Translations under genes and position numbers: made by a program
Shown: piece after piece, positions 8,503 to 18,187 of the stretch
Numbering within the stretch: position 1 is the first letter of the stretch
Layout: each line of letters begins with the position of its first letter
The notes under the pieces: model-generated
What the model saw: only the letters and a program-made list of their open reading frames with translations
Database searches by the model: none
What the model was told of the DNA's origin: nothing
IMG/VR virus record: IMGVR_UViG_2909303794_000004
Length of the DNA stretch: 52,859 bases
Reading direction: 5' to 3' (one strand)
Source: a virus
Taxonomy: Duplodnaviria; Heunggongvirae; Uroviricota; Caudoviricetes

Positions 8503-8844
8503 GTGCACCGGCAACCATTCTTGATATGTGCTGTGGCAGCCGCATGTTCTGGTTCGATAAGTCTGACGAACGGGCGATATTCAGCGATATCAGAAAAGAA
8601 GGATACACATTACGCAATGGGAGACGCTTGATTATCAGCCCTGACATTATCGCAGATTTTCGTGCATTATCATTTGCAGACGCATCTTTTTCGATGGTTG
8701 TATTAGACCCTCCGCATCTTGAGAGTGTTGGTGATAACGCCTGGATGGGAAAGAAATATGGACGGCTGAATAAAGATGCCTGGCGTGATGATTCGCGACA
8801 GAGATTTAAAGAAGCCTTTCGGGTGTTGAGGCCGCACGGCGTAC
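8499..8844 (+). pseudogene. DNA methyltransferase gene, 3' end removed by IS insertion
   Basis: SAM-binding motif ILDMCCGS and a DPPH(L) motif; reading frame runs into the IS629-like left end at 8845. Confidence 0.65.
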
Positions 8845-8898
8845 TGAACCGCCCCGGGAATCCTGGAGACTAAACTCCCTGAGAAAGAGGTAAACAGG

Positions 8899-9225
8899 AT
8901 GACTAAAAATACACGTTTTTCCCCCGAGGTCCGTCAACGGGCAGTTCGTATGGTTCTGGAAAGTCAGGGCGAATATGACTCTCAATGGGCGGCAATTTGT
9001 TCCATTGCCCCAAAGATTGGCTGTACACCAGAGACTCTGCGTGTGTGGGTTCGTCAGCATGAGCGGGATACCGGGAGTGGTGATGGTGGACTCACCACCG
9101 CTGAACGTCAGCGTCTGAAAGAGCTGGAACGTGAAAATCGTGAACTGCGCCGCAGTAACGATATCCTTCGCCAGGCTTCCGCTTATTTTGCGAAGGCGGA
9201 GTTCGACCGCCTCTGGAAAAAATAA
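8899..9225 (+). CDS. IS3-family transposase OrfA (108 aa)
   Basis: [50 protein letters not shown]… matches remembered IS629 OrfA. Confidence 0.9.
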   Translation: MTKNTRFSPEVRQRAVRMVLESQGEYDSQWAAICSIAPKIGCTPETLRVWVRQHERDTGSGDGGLTTAERQRLKELERENRELRRSNDILRQASAYFAKAEFDRLWKK

Positions 9226-10112
9226 TGCCGCTGCTGGATAAGCTGCGTGAGCAGTACGGGGTCGGACCGGTATGCAGTGAACTGCATATTGCCCCGTCAA
9301 CGTATTACCACTGTCAGCAACAGCGACATCATCCTGATAAACGCAGTGCCCGTGCTCAGCGCGATGACTGGCTGAAGAGAGAGATACAGCGCGTATACGA
9401 TGAAAATCATCAGGTGTACGGTGTGCGTAAAGTCTGGCGCCAGTTGTTACGCGAAGGTATCAGGGTGGCCAGATGTACAGTGGCGCGCCTCATGGCGGTT
9501 ATGGGACTTGCCGGTGTTCTCCGGGGTAAAAAGGTCCGTACTACCGTCAGCCGGAAAGCCGTTTCCGCAGGCGACCGCGTAAACCGTCAGTTCGTGGCAG
9601 AACGTCCTGACCAGCTGTGGGTGGCTGATTTTACTTACGTCAGCACATGGCAGGGCTTCGTCTATGTGGCGTTCATCATTGATGTGTTTGCCGGATGTAT
9701 CGTGGGGTGGCGAGTCTCATCGTCTATGGAAACGACATTCGTGCTGGATGCACTGGAGCAGGCGTTGTGGGCCCGTCGGCCGTCCGGCACAGTCCATCAC
9801 AGTGATAAAGGTTCTCAGTATGTATCACTGGCCTATACGGAGCGACTAAAAGAAGCAAAACTGCTGGCATCAACAGGGAGTACAGGTGACTCGTATGACA
9901 ACGCGATGGCGGAGAGCATCAATGGTCTTTACAAAGCGGAGGTAATACACCGTAAGAGCTGGAAAAACCGTGCAGAAGTGGAACTGGCCACACTCACGTG
10001 GGTGGACTGGTATAACAATCGACGATTGCTGGGAAGGCTGGGTCATATCCCTCCGGCAGAAGCAGAAAAAGCTTATTATGCTTCCATCAGAAACGATGAT
10101 CTGGCAGCCTGA
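9225..10112 (+). CDS. IS3-family transposase OrfB (DDE domain)
   Basis: 295-aa ORF overlapping orfA in the -1 frame near an A-run, typical of IS3-family OrfAB. Confidence 0.9.
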   Translation: MPLLDKLREQYGVGPVCSELHIAPSTYYHCQQQRHHPDKRSARAQRDDWLKREIQRVYDENHQVYGVRKVWRQLLREGIRVARCTVARLMAVMGLAGVLRGKKVRTTVSRKAVSAGDRVNRQFVAERPDQLWVADFTYVSTWQGFVYVAFIIDVFAGCIVGWRVSSSMETTFVLDALEQALWARRPSGTVHHSDKGSQYVSLAYTERLKEAKLLASTGSTGDSYDNAMAESINGLYKAEVIHRKSWKNRAEVELATLTWVDWYNNRRLLGRLGHIPPAEAEKAYYASIRNDDLAA

Positions 10113-10778
10113 GTTCACAGATAAAACACTCTCCAGGAAAACCGGGGCGGTTCATTCTGATTTTTTAATGGAATGAAACGCAAATACCGGTAAGCCAGAT
10201 TCTGGCACTGACAGACAGAAAACCTGTTATCTGTCAACGAACAGGGAAAAAACGATAAAACCCACTGGATTATTTTTATGAAAGAGGCATCCAGTGAGTA
10301 GATTCGTAAGGCTACAGATACGTATATCTGAATAATTAAATTCAGTTCTGTAAATAAAATTTAATCCTTAACCGGATGGATTTCTGCACCCTCAGAACAT
10401 CAGGAGGCCGCCCGAAAGGGCGGTAGTGAAATGCGAAAGTTCAAAATTATTATTGAAACGGGAATAGCTGGTGGAGATTTTGAGGATGTATTCGAAGTGG
10501 ACGATGACGCAACACCTGAGGAAATTCATGACGGAGCATAAGAAATTTTCTTTAACTACTGCAATTACTCATACCACGAAATAAAAGACGATGAGGAAGA
10601 ACAAAGTGGCTGATTTTTGTTCAGCTAAATATAACATCAGTTTTGAAGAGCGGGATGAACTATTAATGGACTATGGTGAGTTACGCGGTGGAAGTGCTGC
10701 TGATGTCGAATCCTAGCGTGATGACTATGAAGCGGGAAAAACTCCGGTCGAAGCATATTGTGATGAGTGGGGCGATGA

Positions 10779-11108
10779 ATGAGCGAGATTAATTATCAGG
10801 AAGGGCATGAAACGGCGGGGCAAGCAAAACCAGTGGCATGGCGATATCGCTACGTGAAAAAAGGCGTTACGGACTTTCAGGGGAAGTAGTGGTCTGGTGA
10901 CTGGAAATATGTACCGAAAAAAGAGGATTGTAACGACAGGCCGAACTATCAAATTCAGGCCTTATTCACTGCCTCACCAGTCCCAGTTACATCAGAAGAA
11001 CTGGTTAAAGCTGTGCACTTTTATGAACAACTAAAACGCGAAAATCCACCAACATCCGGCAACAAGATTAATGGATTAACTATGTCGGTTAAACGACCAG
11101 CCAACTGA
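10779..11108 (+). pseudogene. decayed ORF with in-frame amber codon
   Basis: MSEINYQEGHETAGQAKPVAWRYRYVKKGVTDFQGK, then TAG at 10887-10889, then 72 further in-frame codons; upstream short ORFs show serial +1 frame changes and an in-frame TAA at 10539-10541. Confidence 0.3.
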
Positions 11109-11320
11109 AAAAGCGGAAACCTGATTACAGGTTGCCAGATAAGGCAATGAGCTACCTGGCGCGGAACGGACTGATAAGTATGGGGAATGTTTTACGATGA
11201 ACCTTTAGACTAAAGAGTTTGTAACGCTATGTAAGTGATTTTTTCTGGTTTAGATATTTATATGTCCGGCCAAATTGAGGTGTGTTTAAATGTAATTGCA
11301 CATTGATTGTAGGAGGAATA

Positions 11321-11500
11321 ATGAAAAACGCATTGCAGTTTTTGTTTGTTGCGTTCTGGTTGTTCGCATCATGTATGCCCATCATCTTCACAGCAAGGTA
11401 TATGGAAAAAGTTGATGTTTTGATATTAATATTTGGATATATAAATGCCCTTTTTTTAGGGGTGTTCATGGCGGTCATGTGCATTGAATACTGGCGGTAA
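11321..11500 (+). CDS. small hydrophobic membrane protein (59 aa, two predicted TM helices)
   Basis: ATG 7 nt after a perfect AGGAGG; MKNALQFLFVAFWLFASCMPIIFTARYMEKVDVLILIFGYINALFLGVFMAVMCIEYWR. Confidence 0.45.
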   Translation: MKNALQFLFVAFWLFASCMPIIFTARYMEKVDVLILIFGYINALFLGVFMAVMCIEYWR

Positions 11501-11855
11501 ATACAGCGAACTCCATTGGTTTAGTTGGATATTTACTGTGCTGGACAAAAACGGTTTGCGGGGAAATCTTAGTTAAGTAGAATGACTGCGGGTGCTTGAG
11601 GCTATCTGCCTCGGGCATGGACACCAACGGCAGATAGAGAAAAGCCCCAGTTAACATTACGCGTCCTGCAAGACGCTTAACATTAATCTGAGGCCAATTT
11701 CATGCTAGACACATGTAGGTTAGCCTCTTACGTGCCGAAAGGCACGGAGAAGCAGGCTATTGTTAACACCAAGCTGTAATGTCCCCTTTGAACCATTCTA
11801 AAATGTCCCCAGACAATTCTCTGGGGGATTTTTCATAATCAAAGAGACTGTTACG

Positions 11856-13148
11856 ATGAGTCATAAGGAACTCCACCGACTTCAGATTATTCAGGAACAA
11901 GCTGCGGCACGCATTGGCATTTCTATTCGGCAGGTTAAACGTCTGGTGCAACGGTATAGAAATGAAGGGCCTTCTGGTCTGGTTTCCCACCGACGTGGAA
12001 AGCGTCCTAATAATTCCTTTTCTACTGAATTCAGAGCAACAGTAATTTCACTCCTCAAAGGCCGTTACGCTGATTTTGGACCTACGTTTGCGTGCGAAAA
12101 ATTGCGCGAGATACACGGTTTATCTTTATCCGTTGAAACTCTCAGAAAGTGGATGATAGAAGAGGGGTTATGGCGTGAACGCCGTCGTAAAATTGCCCGT
12201 ATATATCAACGCCGCATGCGACGACCATCTTACGGTGAACTGATCCAGATTGATGGCTCACCTCATGACTGGTTTGAAAATCGAGGCCCCAGATGTACAC
12301 TGATCGTTTTCATTGATGATGCCACCAGTGCGTTGATGGCGTTGCGTTTTGTGCCTGCTGAAACAACCCGGGCTTACATGGAAACCCTCCGGGGTTACCT
12401 TAATGATCATGGCGTACCGCTCGCTCTCTACTCTGATAGACACAGTATATTCAGGGTAAATAACCCAGAGCGGGAAGGTGAGCTGACCCAGTTCACTCGT
12501 GCGATAAAGACACTGGGCATCGAGCCAATCCATGCCAACAGCCCGCAGGCAAAAGGGCGGGTAGAGCGCGCCAATCAGACACTACAGGACAGGCTGGTCA
12601 AAGAAATGCGGCTTCAGAATATCAGTGATATTGAAACAGCAAATGCATGGTTGCCGACCTTTATTGAAGCCTATAACAACCGGTTCGCTACGTCGCCTCG
12701 TACTACTGATAATGCTCATCTTGATGTGCACCATTCTGAAGAGGAACTGGGTTATATCTTCAGCCTACAGGCGAAGCGCGTTCTGTCTAAAAATCTCACT
12801 TTCCAGTACAAAAGCAGTGCGTTTCAGGTACGCAGTGAGGGCCGGGGATATCGACTTAGGCATTCGGTTGTTACTGTATGCGAGAACTTTGACGGTGAAA
12901 TTAACGTTCTGTATGACGGGAAAGCGCTGGGCTGGGAAAAGTATGTTGATGGCCCGGAGCCTATACCACTGGATGATGAAAAGAGTGTCCATGAACGAGT
13001 GGATAATGCCCGTATTGATTTACGCTCAAAATACTATGTTAAACCTAAAGCTGACCATCCCTGGCTTACGCGCCGAACGCAAAGTCATCAGCAAGTTAAG
13101 CCCCCGAAGTTACCTAAAAAGAAGCCTGATCCCGATAAAAAAGATTGA
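11856..13148 (+). CDS. DDE (rve-type) transposase with N-terminal HTH, IS481-family-like
   Basis: 430-aa ORF; HTH followed by integrase core (…IDDATSA…YSDRHSIF…HANSPQAKGRVERANQTL…); element ends not resolved. Confidence 0.8.
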   Translation: MSHKELHRLQIIQEQAAARIGISIRQVKRLVQRYRNEGPSGLVSHRRGKRPNNSFSTEFRATVISLLKGRYADFGPTFACEKLREIHGLSLSVETLRKWMIEEGLWRERRRKIARIYQRRMRRPSYGELIQIDGSPHDWFENRGPRCTLIVFIDDATSALMALRFVPAETTRAYMETLRGYLNDHGVPLALYSDRHSIFRVNNPEREGELTQFTRAIKTLGIEPIHANSPQAKGRVERANQTLQDRLVKEMRLQNISDIETANAWLPTFIEAYNNRFATSPRTTDNAHLDVHHSEEELGYIFSLQAKRVLSKNLTFQYKSSAFQVRSEGRGYRLRHSVVTVCENFDGEINVLYDGKALGWEKYVDGPEPIPLDDEKSVHERVDNARIDLRSKYYVKPKADHPWLTRRTQSHQQVKPPKLPKKKPDPDKKD

Positions 13149-13584
13149 AACCAAGATCGATTCGGTTGAGTGCATATCCATTCATAGGGTAGATTCTTAA
13201 GTCGCGTTTCTGGTGTTCATTTTCGGGTGGTTTGTTACTTGTTTTACCGGGGATATGCCAGAAACGCGCTGAGTCAGTCTGGGCGGTGCGCGTAATGAGG
13301 CGTTATGGTAAATAGCCTATGCTAATGTCCGCTAAGAGCAAGAAGCGGAAGTTGGCAGTTTTGTGGACTGTCCCCACAAAAGTGACTACAGAAATAGTTG
13401 CAATTCATAATTGATCATGGGTTGTCAGTTAAACTCGTGGCGATTTAAATAGACTAATTGGGAGTGCGTCCATTACTTATATCTTGTAATGTTAACTATC
13501 AGAAATGATACAAAGATAATATGTCTTTAAAGAAAAGGCTGATGGCGAAAAGTGGCCCGATGAGGGCCACAATACGGCTGTCAC

Positions 13585-13692
13585 TTAGACGTAAATATCA
13601 ATGGTGCCAGCGGTATTTGTATCGTCTTTTTTCTCTTCTTTTTTATCAGGCTGAACTGTCGCGTCTTCATTCTTTTTCTCTGCCTGCTGCCT
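13585..13692 (-). pseudogene. flxA: flxA 3' fragment (C-terminal 35 codons) separated by ISEc8-like insertion
   Basis: reading frame is continuous with 16143-16367 once the IS and one duplication copy are removed, giving a 110-aa FlxA. Confidence 0.75.
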
Positions 13693-13771
13693 TAACAACT
13701 GTAAGCGTACAGCCTGAACCGTCTGGTCAGAATCTGACGAATTAGACAAAGTGGTGTCCACCAAATAAGTA

Positions 13772-14173
13772 GTGGGAACCAAAGTGTCAGATATGCAGAA
13801 AAATGTGACTCCCGGCAGGCGAAAAGGCTGCCCTAATTATCCTCCCGAATTTAAACAGCAGCTCGTTGCTGCCTCCTGTGAACCCGGGATATCCATCTCA
13901 AAACTTGCTCTTGAAAATGGCATTAACGCCAATCTGTTGTTCAAATGGCGACAACAATGGCGCGAGGGAAAGCTGCTATTACCTTCTTCAGAGAGCCCCC
14001 AGCTACTTCCTGTGACTCTCGATGCAGCTGCCGAACAGCCAGAATCGCTCGCAGAGGACCCGGAAACCCTCAGTATCAGCTGTGAGGTAACGTTCCGGCA
14101 CGGGACGCTCCGCTTCAATGGCAATGTCAGCGAAAAGCTCCTGACTCTGCTGATACAGGAACTGAAGCGATGA
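13772..14173 (+). CDS. IS66-family accessory protein (orf1)
   Basis: first ORF of the IS66-type three-gene set. Confidence 0.8.
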   Translation: MGTKVSDMQKNVTPGRRKGCPNYPPEFKQQLVAASCEPGISISKLALENGINANLLFKWRQQWREGKLLLPSSESPQLLPVTLDAAAEQPESLAEDPETLSISCEVTFRHGTLRFNGNVSEKLLTLLIQELKR

Positions 14174-14517
14174 TCCCGTTACCTTCCGGGACCAAAATTT
14201 GGCTGGTTGCCGGTATCACCGATATGAGAAATGGCTTCAACGGCCTGGCTGCGAAAGTACAGACGGCGCTGAAAGACGATCCCATGTCCGGCCATGTTTT
14301 CATTTTCCGGGGCCGCAGCGGCAGTCAGGTTAAACTGCTGTGGTCCACCGGTGACGGGCTGTGCCTCCTGACCAAACGGCTGGAGCGTGGGCGCTTCGCC
14401 TGGCCGTCAGCCCGTGATGGCAAAGTGTTCCTTACGCAGGCGCAGCTGGCGATGCTGCTGGAAGGTATCGACTGGCGACAGCCTAAGCGGCTGCTGACCT
14501 CCCTGACCATGCTGTAA
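14170..14517 (+). CDS. IS66-family accessory protein (orf2)
   Basis: 115-aa ORF overlapping orf1 by ATGA, typical of IS66. Confidence 0.85.
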   Translation: MIPLPSGTKIWLVAGITDMRNGFNGLAAKVQTALKDDPMSGHVFIFRGRSGSQVKLLWSTGDGLCLLTKRLERGRFAWPSARDGKVFLTQAQLAMLLEGIDWRQPKRLLTSLTML

Positions 14518-14566
14518 ATCTCTTTATCCTGGTTGTCACAGAATAAGCCCGGTAAAATACGGGCTT

Positions 14567-16105
14567 ATGAACGACATCTCTTCTGACGACATCTTCCTGC
14601 TGAAACAGCGCCTGGCCGAACAGGAAGCGCTGATCCACGCCCTGCAGGAAAAGCTGAGCAACCGGGAGCGCGAAATAGACCATCTGCAGGCGCAGCTGGA
14701 TAAACTCCGCCGGATGAACTTCGGCAGTCGTTCCGAAAAAGTCTCCCGCCGTATCGCACAAATGGAAGCCGATCTGAACCGGCTTCAGAAAGAGAGCGAT
14801 ACGCTGACTGGTAGGGTGTATGACCCGGCAGTACAGCGTCCGTTGCATCAGACCCGCACCCGTAAGCCGTTCCCTGAATCACTACCCCGTGACGAAAAGC
14901 GACTGTTGCCTGCGGCGCCGTGCTGCCCGAACTGCGGCGGTTCACTGAGCTATCTGGGCGAGGATACCGCCGAACAGCTGGAGTTGATGCGTAGCGCCTT
15001 CCGGGTTATCCGGACGGTACGGGAAAAACATGCCTGTACTCAGTGCGATGCCATCGTGCAGGCACCTGCACCTTCGCGGCCCATCGAGCGGGGTATCGCC
15101 GGACCGGGGCTGCTGGCCCGCGTGCTGACCTCGAAGTATGCAGAGCACACCCCGCTGTATCGCCAGTCAGAAATATACGGCCGGCAAGGTGTGGAGCTGA
15201 GCCGTTCACTGCTGTCGGGCTGGGTGGATGCATGCTGCCGGCTGCTGTCTCCGCTGGAAGAGGCGCTTCATGGCTATGTCATGACTGACGGCAAACTCCA
15301 TGCCGATGATACCCCGGTCCAGGTACTGCTGCCGGGTAATAAGAAGACGAAGACCGGGCGGTTGTGGGCGTATGTTCGTGATGACCGCAATGCCGGGTCA
15401 GCGTTGGCACCTGCAGTGAGGTTCGCTTACAGCCCGGACAGAAAAGGCATCCATCCGCAGGCTCATCTTGCTTGCTTCAGCGGTGTGCTGCAAGCGGATG
15501 CGTACGCCGGGTTCAACGAGCTGTATCGCAATGGTGGGATAACGGAAGCTGCCTGCTGGGCTCATGCCCGCCGAAAGATCCACGATGTGCACGTCCGCAT
15601 CCCGTCAGCACTGACGGAAGAAGCCCTGGAGCAGATCGGTCAGTTGTACGCCATAGAGGCGGATATAAGGGGAATGCCGGCAGAGCAGCGGCTTGCTGAA
15701 CGTCAGCGAAAAACGAAACCGCTGTTGAAATCCCTGGAAAGCTGGTTGCGTGAAAAGATGAAGACCCTGTCGCGACACTCAGAGTTGGCGAAGGCGTTCG
15801 CGTACGCACTTAACCAGTGGCCGGCACTGACGTACTATGCGAACGATGGCTGGGTGGAAATCGACAACAACATCGCTGAAAATGCCCTGCGGGCGGTCAG
15901 TCTGGGTCGTAAAAACTTCCTGTTCTTCGGCTCTGACCATGGTGGTGAGCGGGGAGCGCTACTGTACAGCCTGATCGGGACGTGCAAACTGAATGACGTG
16001 GATCCAGAAAGCTACCTTCGCCATGTGCTTGGCGTCATAGCAGACTGGCCGGTCAACCGGGTCAGCGAACTGCTTCCGTGGCGCATAGCACTGCCAGCTG
16101 AATAA
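14567..16105 (+). CDS. IS66-family transposase (orf3)
   Basis: 512-aa ORF with N-terminal coiled-coil/leucine zipper and cysteine cluster (CPNCG…CTQCD), typical of IS66 transposases. Confidence 0.9.
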   Translation: MNDISSDDIFLLKQRLAEQEALIHALQEKLSNREREIDHLQAQLDKLRRMNFGSRSEKVSRRIAQMEADLNRLQKESDTLTGRVYDPAVQRPLHQTRTRKPFPESLPRDEKRLLPAAPCCPNCGGSLSYLGEDTAEQLELMRSAFRVIRTVREKHACTQCDAIVQAPAPSRPIERGIAGPGLLARVLTSKYAEHTPLYRQSEIYGRQGVELSRSLLSGWVDACCRLLSPLEEALHGYVMTDGKLHADDTPVQVLLPGNKKTKTGRLWAYVRDDRNAGSALAPAVRFAYSPDRKGIHPQAHLACFSGVLQADAYAGFNELYRNGGITEAACWAHARRKIHDVHVRIPSALTEEALEQIGQLYAIEADIRGMPAEQRLAERQRKTKPLLKSLESWLREKMKTLSRHSELAKAFAYALNQWPALTYYANDGWVEIDNNIAENALRAVSLGRKNFLFFGSDHGGERGALLYSLIGTCKLNDVDPESYLRHVLGVIADWPVNRVSELLPWRIALPAE

Positions 16106-16142
16106 CACATCCCCGTCAATACGGCCCTCGCTGTACGCTTAC

Positions 16143-16367
16143 TAACAACTGCTCCAGTTGAGCCCAGAGGCTTTCAATTTGCTTCTGTACCAATGCAGCC
16201 ATTTCTTTTTTCTGCTGTGTCGTCATCCCCTCTTCCGATGAGATTTTCCCAAGCTTTTCAGTCAGCACCTGAATTTGTCTTGTGATTTTGGCTATTTCTG
16301 ATGTTCCTTCCGGGGCGGAGTTGTTTGAAATAACGGTTGAGGTATTTCCCTGAATTGTGACAGACAT
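16143..16367 (-). pseudogene. flxA: flxA 5' fragment (N-terminal 75 codons)
   Basis: MSVTIQGNTSTVISNNSAPEGTSEIAKITRQIQVLTEKLGK… matches remembered FlxA; reads into the ISEc8 right end. Confidence 0.8.
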
Positions 16368-16390
16368 AGATTTCTCCTTTTAAAAAAGCA

Positions 16391-16417
16391 CTATCGGCAT
16401 GCACAAAAAAATCTTTA
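16391..16417 (-). promoter_or_regulatory. sigma-28 (FliA) type promoter upstream of flxA
   Basis: minus strand reads TAAAGATT-N11-GCCGATAG against consensus TAAAGTTT-N11-GCCGATAA; about 25 nt upstream of the flxA start. Confidence 0.65.
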
Positions 16418-16569
16418 ATCGTATTTCTTGTGTCATTAATTGTTTGATGTTCAGATTGTTTTCCTCGCGGGCTGGCGCGCCTCAGAAAGTAAAGCTTGTT
16501 GACAGGGGTAAACGTTCGGCAATAATTTTCTGCCGCATGCGGGTGTTGCATAAAACGTGCTACGTTCCT

Positions 16570-16875
16570 TTATCGACAGGTCAGGTCACCGCTCACCCGC
16601 CGACGAGAAAGCAACACTGACATGCTAAAGCAAAAAATAGATGAATAAGTTGAGTTGTGCATATGTAGCCTGACCGTCACAAAGTATATGGTGTCTGTAC
16701 CAGTAAGATGATGGCCGGACTCTTTAAAAACGAGCTGACCTGCACAATACAGGATGGACTTAGCAATGGCTGCTCCTGGCACAAAGCGGACAGTGATCAC
16801 CGTTCTTACGACTACTTTCTGACTTCCTTCGTGACTTGCCCTAAGCATGTTGTAGTGCGATACTTGTAATGACAT
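16570..16875 (-). CDS. ydfV: YdfV-like hypothetical ORF (101 aa), doubtful
   Basis: ORF of the size and position of K-12 ydfV between flxA and relB; composition not convincingly protein-like. Confidence 0.3.
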   Translation of the reverse strand: MSLQVSHYNMLRASHEGSQKVVVRTVITVRFVPGAAIAKSILYCAGQLVFKESGHHLTGTDTIYFVTVRLHMHNSTYSSIFCFSMSVLLSRRRVSGDLTCR

Positions 16876-16887
16876 TTGTAATTACAA
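16864..16887 (+). promoter_or_regulatory. relBE operator-like repeats (TTGTAATGACATTTGTAATTACAA)
   Basis: palindromic TTGTAAT repeats immediately upstream of the relB start. Confidence 0.55.
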
Positions 16888-16899
16888 GAGGTGTAAGAC

Positions 16900-17139
16900 A
16901 TGGGTAGCATTAACCTGCGTATTGACGATGAACTTAAAGCGCGTTCTTACGCCGCGCTTGAAAAAATGGGTGTAACTCCTTCTGAAGCGCTTCGTCTCAT
17001 GCTCGAGTATATCGCTGACAATGAACGCTTGCCGTTCAAACAGACACTCCTGAGTGATGAAGATGCTGAACTTGTGGAGATAGTGAAAGAACGGCTTCGT
17101 AATCCTAAGCCAGTACGTGTGACGCTGGATGAACTCTGA
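16900..17139 (+). CDS. relB: RelB antitoxin (79 aa)
   Basis: MGSINLRIDDELKARSYA…NPKPVRVTLDEL matches remembered RelB. Confidence 0.9.
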   Translation: MGSINLRIDDELKARSYAALEKMGVTPSEALRLMLEYIADNERLPFKQTLLSDEDAELVEIVKERLRNPKPVRVTLDEL

Positions 17140-17426
17140 TGGCGTATTTTCTGGATTTTGACGAGCGGGCACTAAAGGAATGGCGAAAGCTGGGCTCGAC
17201 GGTACGTGAACAGTTGAAAAAGAAGCTGGTTGAAGTACTTGAGTCACCCCGGATTGAAGCAAACAAGCTCCGTGGTATGCCTGATTGTTACAAGATTAAG
17301 CTCCGGTCTTCAGGCTATCGCCTTGTATACCAGGTTATAGACGAGAAAGTTGTCGTTTTCGTGATTTCTGTTGGGAAAAGAGAACGCTCGGAAGTATATA
17401 GCGAGGCGGTCAAACGCATTCTCTGA
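17139..17426 (+). CDS. relE: RelE mRNA-interferase toxin (95 aa)
   Basis: MAYFLDFDERALKEWRKLGSTVREQLKKKL…; start overlaps the relB stop. Confidence 0.9.
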   Translation: MAYFLDFDERALKEWRKLGSTVREQLKKKLVEVLESPRIEANKLRGMPDCYKIKLRSSGYRLVYQVIDEKVVVFVISVGKRERSEVYSEAVKRIL

Positions 17427-17497
17427 ACCAAAGCATGACATCTCTGTTTCGCACCGAAGGTGACACTTCTGCTTTGCGTTGACAGGAGAAGCAGGCT

Positions 17498-17653
17498 ATG
17501 AAGCAGCAAAAGGCGATGTTAATCGCCCTGATCGTCATCTGTTTAACCGTCATAGTGACGGCACTGGTAACGAGGAAAGACCTCTGCGAGGTACGAATCC
17601 GAACCGGCCAGACGGAGGTCGCTGTCTTCACAGCTTACGAACCTGAGGAGTAA
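17498..17653 (+). CDS. hokD: Hok-family membrane toxin HokD/RelF (51 aa)
   Basis: manual translation MKQQKAMLIALIVICLTVIVTALVTRKDLCEVRIRTGQTEVAVFTAYEPEE; below the ORF-track size cutoff. Confidence 0.85.
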   Translation: MKQQKAMLIALIVICLTVIVTALVTRKDLCEVRIRTGQTEVAVFTAYEPEE

Positions 17654-17721
17654 GAGACCCGGCGGGGGAGAAATCCCTCGCCACCTCTGATGTGGCAGGC
17701 ATCCTCAACGCACCCGCACTT

Positions 17722-17748
17722 AACCCGCTTCGGCGGGTTTTTGTTTTT
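17722..17748 (+). terminator. intrinsic terminator after relBE-hokD
   Basis: AACCCGCTTCGGCGGGTTTTTGTTTTT hairpin plus T-run. Confidence 0.6.
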
Positions 17749-17869
17749 ATTTTCAACGCGTTTGAAGTTCTGGACGGTGCCGGAATAGAATCAAAAATAC
17801 TTAAGTAGCGCGCAGGGATAAGAGGGATGGTCCCTTAAAGGGGAGAGCTAATTATCCGGAAGGATTCTG

Positions 17870-18121
17870 ATGATGAACATCGAAGAACTGCGTAAAATTT
17901 TTTGTGAAGAGGGCCTCTATGCTGTGTGCGTTGAAAATGGAAATCTTGTTAGTCATTACCGCATTATGTGTTTGCGAAAGAATGGGGCTGCGTTAATTAA
18001 TTTTGTGGATGCTCGGGTCACGGACGGATTTATCTTGCGCGAAGGTGAGTTTGTCACTTCATTACAGGCATTGAAAGAGATCGGAATAAAAGCTGGCTTT
18101 TCTGCTTTTTCAGGAGAATAA
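17870..18121 (+). CDS. rem: Rem-like small protein (83 aa)
   Basis: 83-aa ORF in the K-12 rem position between hokD and ydfU. Confidence 0.6.
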   Translation: MMNIEELRKIFCEEGLYAVCVENGNLVSHYRIMCLRKNGAALINFVDARVTDGFILREGEFVTSLQALKEIGIKAGFSAFSGE

Positions 18122-18187
18122 ACTCATCTACAATCTTGCGCGGGGCTGAACTCCCGCTGAGTAACACCGTGCCACCGGAGAAAACCG

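Larger units (their letters stand above)
8845..10154 (+). mobile_element. IS629-like IS3-family element, copy 1 (1310 bp)
   Basis: ends TGAACCGCCCCGGG…CCGGGGCGGTTCA read directly; orfA/orfB overlap; flanking triplets differ (TAC vs TTC), so no target-site duplication. Confidence 0.9.
13701..16142 (+). mobile_element. ISEc8-like IS66-family element (2442 bp) with 8-bp target duplication TAACAACT
   Basis: terminal inverted repeats GTAAGCGTACAGC / rc read directly; duplication at 13693-13700 and 16143-16150; three-ORF IS66 organisation. Confidence 0.9.

Noticed and set aside
14565-15809. Multiple 60-130-aa ORFs inside the ISEc8-like transposase gene
   Set aside because: Alternative frames of the GC-rich transposase gene; the 512-aa sense ORF explains the region.
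16258-16551. 97-aa minus-strand ORF over the flxA promoter region
   Set aside because: Overlaps the flxA start and the sigma-28 promoter in another frame; composition not protein-like.
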